Below are positions 63,051 to 64,000 of a DNA stretch of 64,000 nucleotides, one piece after another; position 1 is the first letter of the stretch, and each line of letters opens with the position of its first letter. The notes below the pieces were generated by a model that saw only the letters and a program-made list of their open reading frames with translations, did no database searches and was not told where the DNA came from. The stretch is from positions 2,790,001 through 2,854,000 of the forward strand of contig NEEC01000011.1 of NCBI GenBank assembly GCA_002189035.1. Reading direction: 5' to 3'. The DNA comes from Utricularia gibba (Eukaryota; Plantae; Magnoliophyta). The position numbers and the translations under genes are program-made.

Positions 63051-63497
63051 ATGGCGCAACCAGCCGGTGATTTACCCTCACGTAACGATAACCCCGATGA
63101 TGAGTCGAGATCAGGCGTTTTCGAAAGCTCTGGATGCGGCTCCTGCTGCCTCCGATTCCCCTGTTTTGGATCGAGAAAATCGGATGCCTGGGAGAGGATT
63201 TCTGCGCCGGAAAGCATCAACAGGACTTGTTCGCTGAAGGATGTAGGCGCGTTGAAGAAGGTCAGGGAATGGTCGGAACTCGTCGCTGGGCCTAAGTGGA
63301 AGACGTTCATTCGGCGGTTTAATAGGAACCCCGGTAGAGCGAAACCGGCGAGGTTCCAGTACGATCCTTTGACTTACGCTCTCAATTTCGACGAGGGAAG
63401 AGGACCGGAGGTAGAGGACGACGGCGATGTGGCTTTCAGGGACTTCTCGGCGAGATACGCTGCGATTCCGGCGGGGCCACCGAAGAATCCGCGGTGA
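63051..63497 (+). CDS. Small conserved plant protein of unknown function (WSELVAGPKWKTFIRRF / YDPLxYALNFD family)
   Basis: VREWSELVAGPKWKTFIRRFNR and FQYDPLTYALNFDEG...FRDFSARYAA motifs; intronless 148 aa. Confidence 0.85.
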   Translation: MAQPAGDLPSRNDNPDDESRSGVFESSGCGSCCLRFPCFGSRKSDAWERISAPESINRTCSLKDVGALKKVREWSELVAGPKWKTFIRRFNRNPGRAKPARFQYDPLTYALNFDEGRGPEVEDDGDVAFRDFSARYAAIPAGPPKNPR

Positions 63498-64000
63498 TTT
63501 GCTAATGGTTTTTACATATACTCGATCTCTTTCATTCATTGAATTGTGTTCTTTGGTGTGAATGTGGTTTGGGGATTAAGATAAACACAGATTAATTTAT
63601 TTGTATTTAAATAAATTTGATACTATATAATTAATTTGTTATATGATACAGAATCAAGATTAGGAAAATATCAAATCTCATCATTTGAACATACAATTAC
63701 GAGAAATTGAACGAATGAGTATACCACACGAATTTCTTATGTTATCGTATGATATTGATGGTAGACTATGACACATCGTTGCATGTTTAATAATTCATCT
63801 AACCATGCCTACAACTCCCACAACTCTGTTGTTGCCATTAGATAAGGAGCATTTATATGGTAAAAATTTACTATTCTAAATATATATCAAATTCTATTTA
63901 CATGAACAAACTAAAATCAAGTTAACGATAATAGATATCCTAATGTCGAAAAAAACGTCACGTTTTTTGTAGAGGTGCACACCACTATGCCCTTACCCCA

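Noticed and set aside
1-64000. tRNA, rRNA, snoRNA genes or CRISPR arrays
   Set aside because: None recognised by eye; the sequence is eukaryotic. A covariance-model scan would be needed to exclude small snoRNAs.

Overview
Gene-dense window from a compact eudicot nuclear genome (many introns 60-90 bp, AT-rich spacers; a Lentibulariaceae-like small genome is my guess, not shown). It holds about 18 recognisable conserved genes: SRF8, DUF506, CASPL2B, Ole e 1, DGK, two SAM methyltransferases, an EEP nuclease/phosphatase, HSP70, YKT6, WDR76, STP14, EXPA, XTH, aldose 1-epimerase, a PBL34/35/36-type kinase, MCTP, PRE, HemK2, MIF and a YDPLxYALNF-family protein. It also holds a MIR156 hairpin, an internally deleted PFP-beta pseudogene, a hAT MITE and a U12 AT-AC intron. 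The standout is at 36.9-47.4 kb: a tandem array of four 4-exon genes of a family I cannot recognise (~184-220 aa). They have a possible Met-Gly start, a coiled coil, a Gly/Ala-rich hydrophobic helix, and 1-3 copies of an acidic amphipathic DPxxEG-hh-EG-h repeat. Each copy is preceded by W-box motifs, and the copies are interleaved with captured fragments of the flanking epimerase and PBL kinase genes. About 11 frameshifts in otherwise intact genes are each fixed by one extra base, ten of them in short homopolymer runs. This points to unpolished long-read errors rather than pseudogenes. Gene names come from recalled protein similarity; no searches were run.
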